A stretch of DNA of 64,000 nt. It comes from Lama glama. Its lineage: Eukaryota. The notes under the pieces are model-generated. The model had not been told where the DNA came from, made no database searches, and was given only the letters and a program-made list of their open reading frames with translations. The stretch is taken from the NCBI GenBank assembly GCA_028534125.1, contig CM052818.1, positions 30,568,001 to 30,632,000 of the forward strand, written 5' to 3'. How positions within the stretch are numbered: the first letter of the stretch is position 1; each line of letters opens with the position of its first letter. Position numbers and translations under genes: made by a program. Of the stretch, positions 60,997-64,000 are shown in pieces.

Positions 60997-62645
60997 GCAT
61001 GTAGAGGATTCTTAGTTGGAAGCTTTTTCCTTTCAGCACTTTGAGTGTGTCATGCCACTCCCTTTTGGTTTGTAAAGTTTCTGCTGAAAAATCTGCTGAT
61101 AGCTTTACGAAGTTGCCCTTGTATATAATAAGTTGTTTTTCTCTTGCTGCTTTTAGGATTCTCTCTCTCATTTTAATTATAATGTGTCTTGGGGTGTGTC
61201 TCTTGGGTTTATCTTATTCAGAACTCTGTGTGCTTCCTGGACCCGGATGTCTGTTTCTTTCCCCAGACTGGGGAAGTTTTCAGCCACTATTTCTTTAGGT
61301 ATTTTCTCTGGTCCTTCCTCTCTCTCAACTCCTGGGACCCCTATAAGGTGAATGTTATTTATTCTGCTTGATTTTGTCCTGAAGGCCCATTAAAGTATCT
61401 TCACTTTCTAAAATTCTTTTTTCATTCTGCTGCTCTTTCTGGGTGAATTCTGTTACTTTGTCCTCCAGCTTGCTGATTCGTTCTTCCACCTCGTCTGCTC
61501 TGCTGTTGAACTCCTCTCCTGCATTTTTCAGTTCAGTTATAACTTCTGTTTGGTACTTTCTCATATTTTCTATATCTTGGTTGAAGTTCTCACTGTGTTC
61601 ACCCATTCTTCTCCTGAGTTTGGTGAGTATCTTCAAGACCATTAAATGAACCCTTTATCATGCAGATTGCTTACCTCCGTTTCATTTAGTCCTTTTTCTT
61701 AGGTTTTTTATCTTGTTCTTTTGATTGGACCATATTCCTTTATCTCCTCCTTTTGCTTAACTCTCTGTTTGTTTCTATGTATTAGGTAAATCCACTATTT
61801 TTTCCCTGTCTTGAAGGAGTGACTTTATTTAGATGTCCTGTGAGGCTTAGCAGTACAATCCTGCCTGACCACCAAAGCCAGCTGCTAAGGGGTGTCCTCT
61901 GTGTGGGCTGTGTGCGCCCTTCTGTTGTGGTGAGTCCATGGCTACCGTGGGACGTTGGTGGGCAAGGCTATTGCTCAGTTGACTGTGAGGTCTGGCCACG
62001 TGCAGACATGGGCGGGGCTCTTGATAAGGCATGCCCACTGGTGCTAGCAGGTTAGATAGAGTATTCCAAATGGTGCCTGCCAGTGCTGGTGTTATCAGGG
62101 TAGCCTGAGATCACATAAATGGCTCTCACTAGTGACCCAGTCCCTGGGGAATGTCCTAAGTGGTTCCTGCCTCTTTGGCAGATGCTTCAAGATTAGTAAG
62201 TAGGCCCTATTTACTTATGGTTCATGCATTTTTCAATCTAGTGTCTTTGCAATGGTTTTGGGTTGAGGGAGTCTTTGTGCAAACCCTTTAAGAGTTTTTT
62301 TTTTTCCCCTGCAACTCTAGTTTTCCTGGGTGTACTCCCCATTGATTTTCAAAGCCAGATGTTTTGGGGGCTTATCTCTCCTCTGTCTGATCTAGGGGCT
62401 GAAGTGCCTGATATGGAGTCTGTTGCTTCTCAGGGAAAATATTACCTTTGTGATCCCTTCTGGTTGTGGATTGATGTGGCTGGGATGTGGGGTTTTCCTT
62501 GGCAAGACCTTATTTCCCCCTCTCCTATCCATCCAGATGCTGTCCTTTCACCCTTGGTTGTGGAGGCTCTGTTCATCCAGTATTCAGGCTGTTTTTCTGA
62601 GGGAATTATTCCATATGTAGTTGTAAATTTGTTGTGTTTGTGGGG
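60997..62645 (-). mobile_element. LINE-1 5' UTR plus disrupted ORF1, truncated on its 3' side
   Basis: ORFs 61355..61642(-) (coiled coil, ...ELKNAGEEFNSRADEVEERISKLED...) and 60977..61171(-) (ERILKAAREKQLIIYKG...LSADFSAETLQTKREWHDTLKVLK) are L1 ORF1p; the 5' UTR is homologous to 400-1530. Confidence 0.9.
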
Positions 62646-64000
62646 TTTGAAGGAGTTCCTTCCAAGGATGTGCAGGTTCATGAACGCTTTCCTGCAGACA
62701 GCCCTCAGCTCCTCAGGGGTAGATCTAATGCCTATGGTAGCCCAGGTCCCAGTCTACTTCCCACCAGCATAAGTAGCAGGACTTTTCCTGCTTGGAAATG
62801 TAGACATCTGACCAAGGATATACCTGATGGAATAGTGTGTAGGGTGGTGTGTGTTCTCTTAAGACATTGTCTCTATTCTGTAAACTATCGGTTGTTTCAT
62901 ATCCTCCTTCAAAGAGAACCTTTAAGCAATTTTGGGTCTCCCGCCCCTCAAGCTTATCTCTGTACCCAGTAATTTGCCTGCCTCATCTGTTGCAACCAGG
63001 AGGGAGTGAATGTTTAAAGGATTCTTCATGGCTTACTGCAGGTTTTCTCTAGGAAACAAACATTTGAAGCTTAGATGGAGAGCGAAGTGCTCTGGAACTG
63101 AGAGATCTGGTGATGTAATCCTTCTTAGTCTTCTTTCTGTTAAGTTAGTCTTCATTATCAGAAACAGAGCCCACAATTTGTGCAAAAAGATCATAATCAA
63201 TATGACAAATAATTGATTCTCTGAGTCTTTCCATTGACTCTGTCTATTTTATGAATGCATATTAAATGTAACTGTGTCTATTTTATTAATGAGCGCCTTG
63301 CACCGCTGCAGCCTGGAATACAGAACAATCTAATGCTGGCTTGCTAATTGATCCTCTTCTAGAAGGGCTGGTTCAGGGCCTTTCCAGTGGGAAAGAGGCT
63401 GCCTAAGCTGGTGTCTCTCAGGATGTGCAAGAGAGAGAAAGGGCTTTGAGAAAGAAGACTGGATTTCAGTCAGATGCTTGTCATGCTGTTTTTGTCTTCA
63501 TGGTGCCTGTATTGTTGTAAAAGTGAACACAAGTCTGGGCAATGAGAATTATTTCTTACATCAGTTGTTTGTTCAACTGAGCTGACCTTTTGCCAGCTCC
63601 CAGGAACCCCCAAGATTAGCTACCATGGCCAGCACAGGCTCTCCAGGGAGCTATACAGAGGAAAAACTTCAGGCAAAAACAATGTGTTATTGCAGGTTTT
63701 CCCTCAGATGTGTGGTGAGCTGGCTGACCACTCAGCTTCAGAATGGATTAATGCTGACCTCAAAAGCAGGTAAGGGGGTCTTTTGATCACTTTGTCCTGG
63801 GCCACTCCCTGTTCTCTTCCTCCCAGGTGAGGGAAGGCTAAGAGAAGTAAAGTCAAGGAAAAGCTCATCAAAGACTGAAGGAGGAAGGGGTTTCCTTGCT
63901 AACGTCTTGTTCAGAGGTCACCTAGGTCAATCTATTTGCCTTCATACTTGGTGTTCAAACTTCCCAGGAGGTCAGGGGACAGAATAAGGGGCTTCCAAAC

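Noticed and set aside
1..64000. CRISPR arrays, tRNA/rRNA genes, a second protein-coding gene or a novel multi-gene system
   Set aside because: None seen. The only tRNA-like sequence is the SINE head, and all credible coding sequence belongs to SRD5A2 or L1 remnants.

Overview
Mammalian genomic DNA, AT-rich and repeat-rich, most likely from a camelid (alpaca, llama or camel). This rests on a camelid-type tRNA-derived SINE, young camelid-type L1 3' ends, and no recognisable Alu, Bov-A/BovB or PRE-1 repeats. The window holds one complete protein-coding gene on the + strand: SRD5A2 (steroid 5-alpha-reductase type 2). Its 5 coding exons are 13800-14080, 40421-40584, 44396-44497, 46864-47014 and 49515-49581 (281+164+102+151+67 = 765 nt, 254 aa plus TAA), and all introns are GT-AG. 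It has a CpG-island/GC-box/CATAAA promoter and a 3' UTR with several poly(A) signals. The rest is mostly decayed interspersed repeats (L1, L2, MIR, MaLR/ERVL LTRs, hAT and Tigger DNA elements), and almost all other ORFs in the track are spurious or L1 remnants. I found no novel multi-gene system. The best second-look items are: a ~500 bp poly(A)-tailed orphan insertion in an intronic L1; a pair of homologous L1 5'UTR/ORF1 copies bracketing the locus, one showing the empty site of a SINE in the other; a 58-bp L1 tail with a perfect 15-bp TSD; a twin-primed inverted L1; a consensus androgen/glucocorticoid response element upstream; a CTCF-like site downstream; and a few substitutions near the enzyme's ligand pockets. 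Repeat subfamily names come from recalled consensus sequences and need RepeatMasker/Dfam confirmation.
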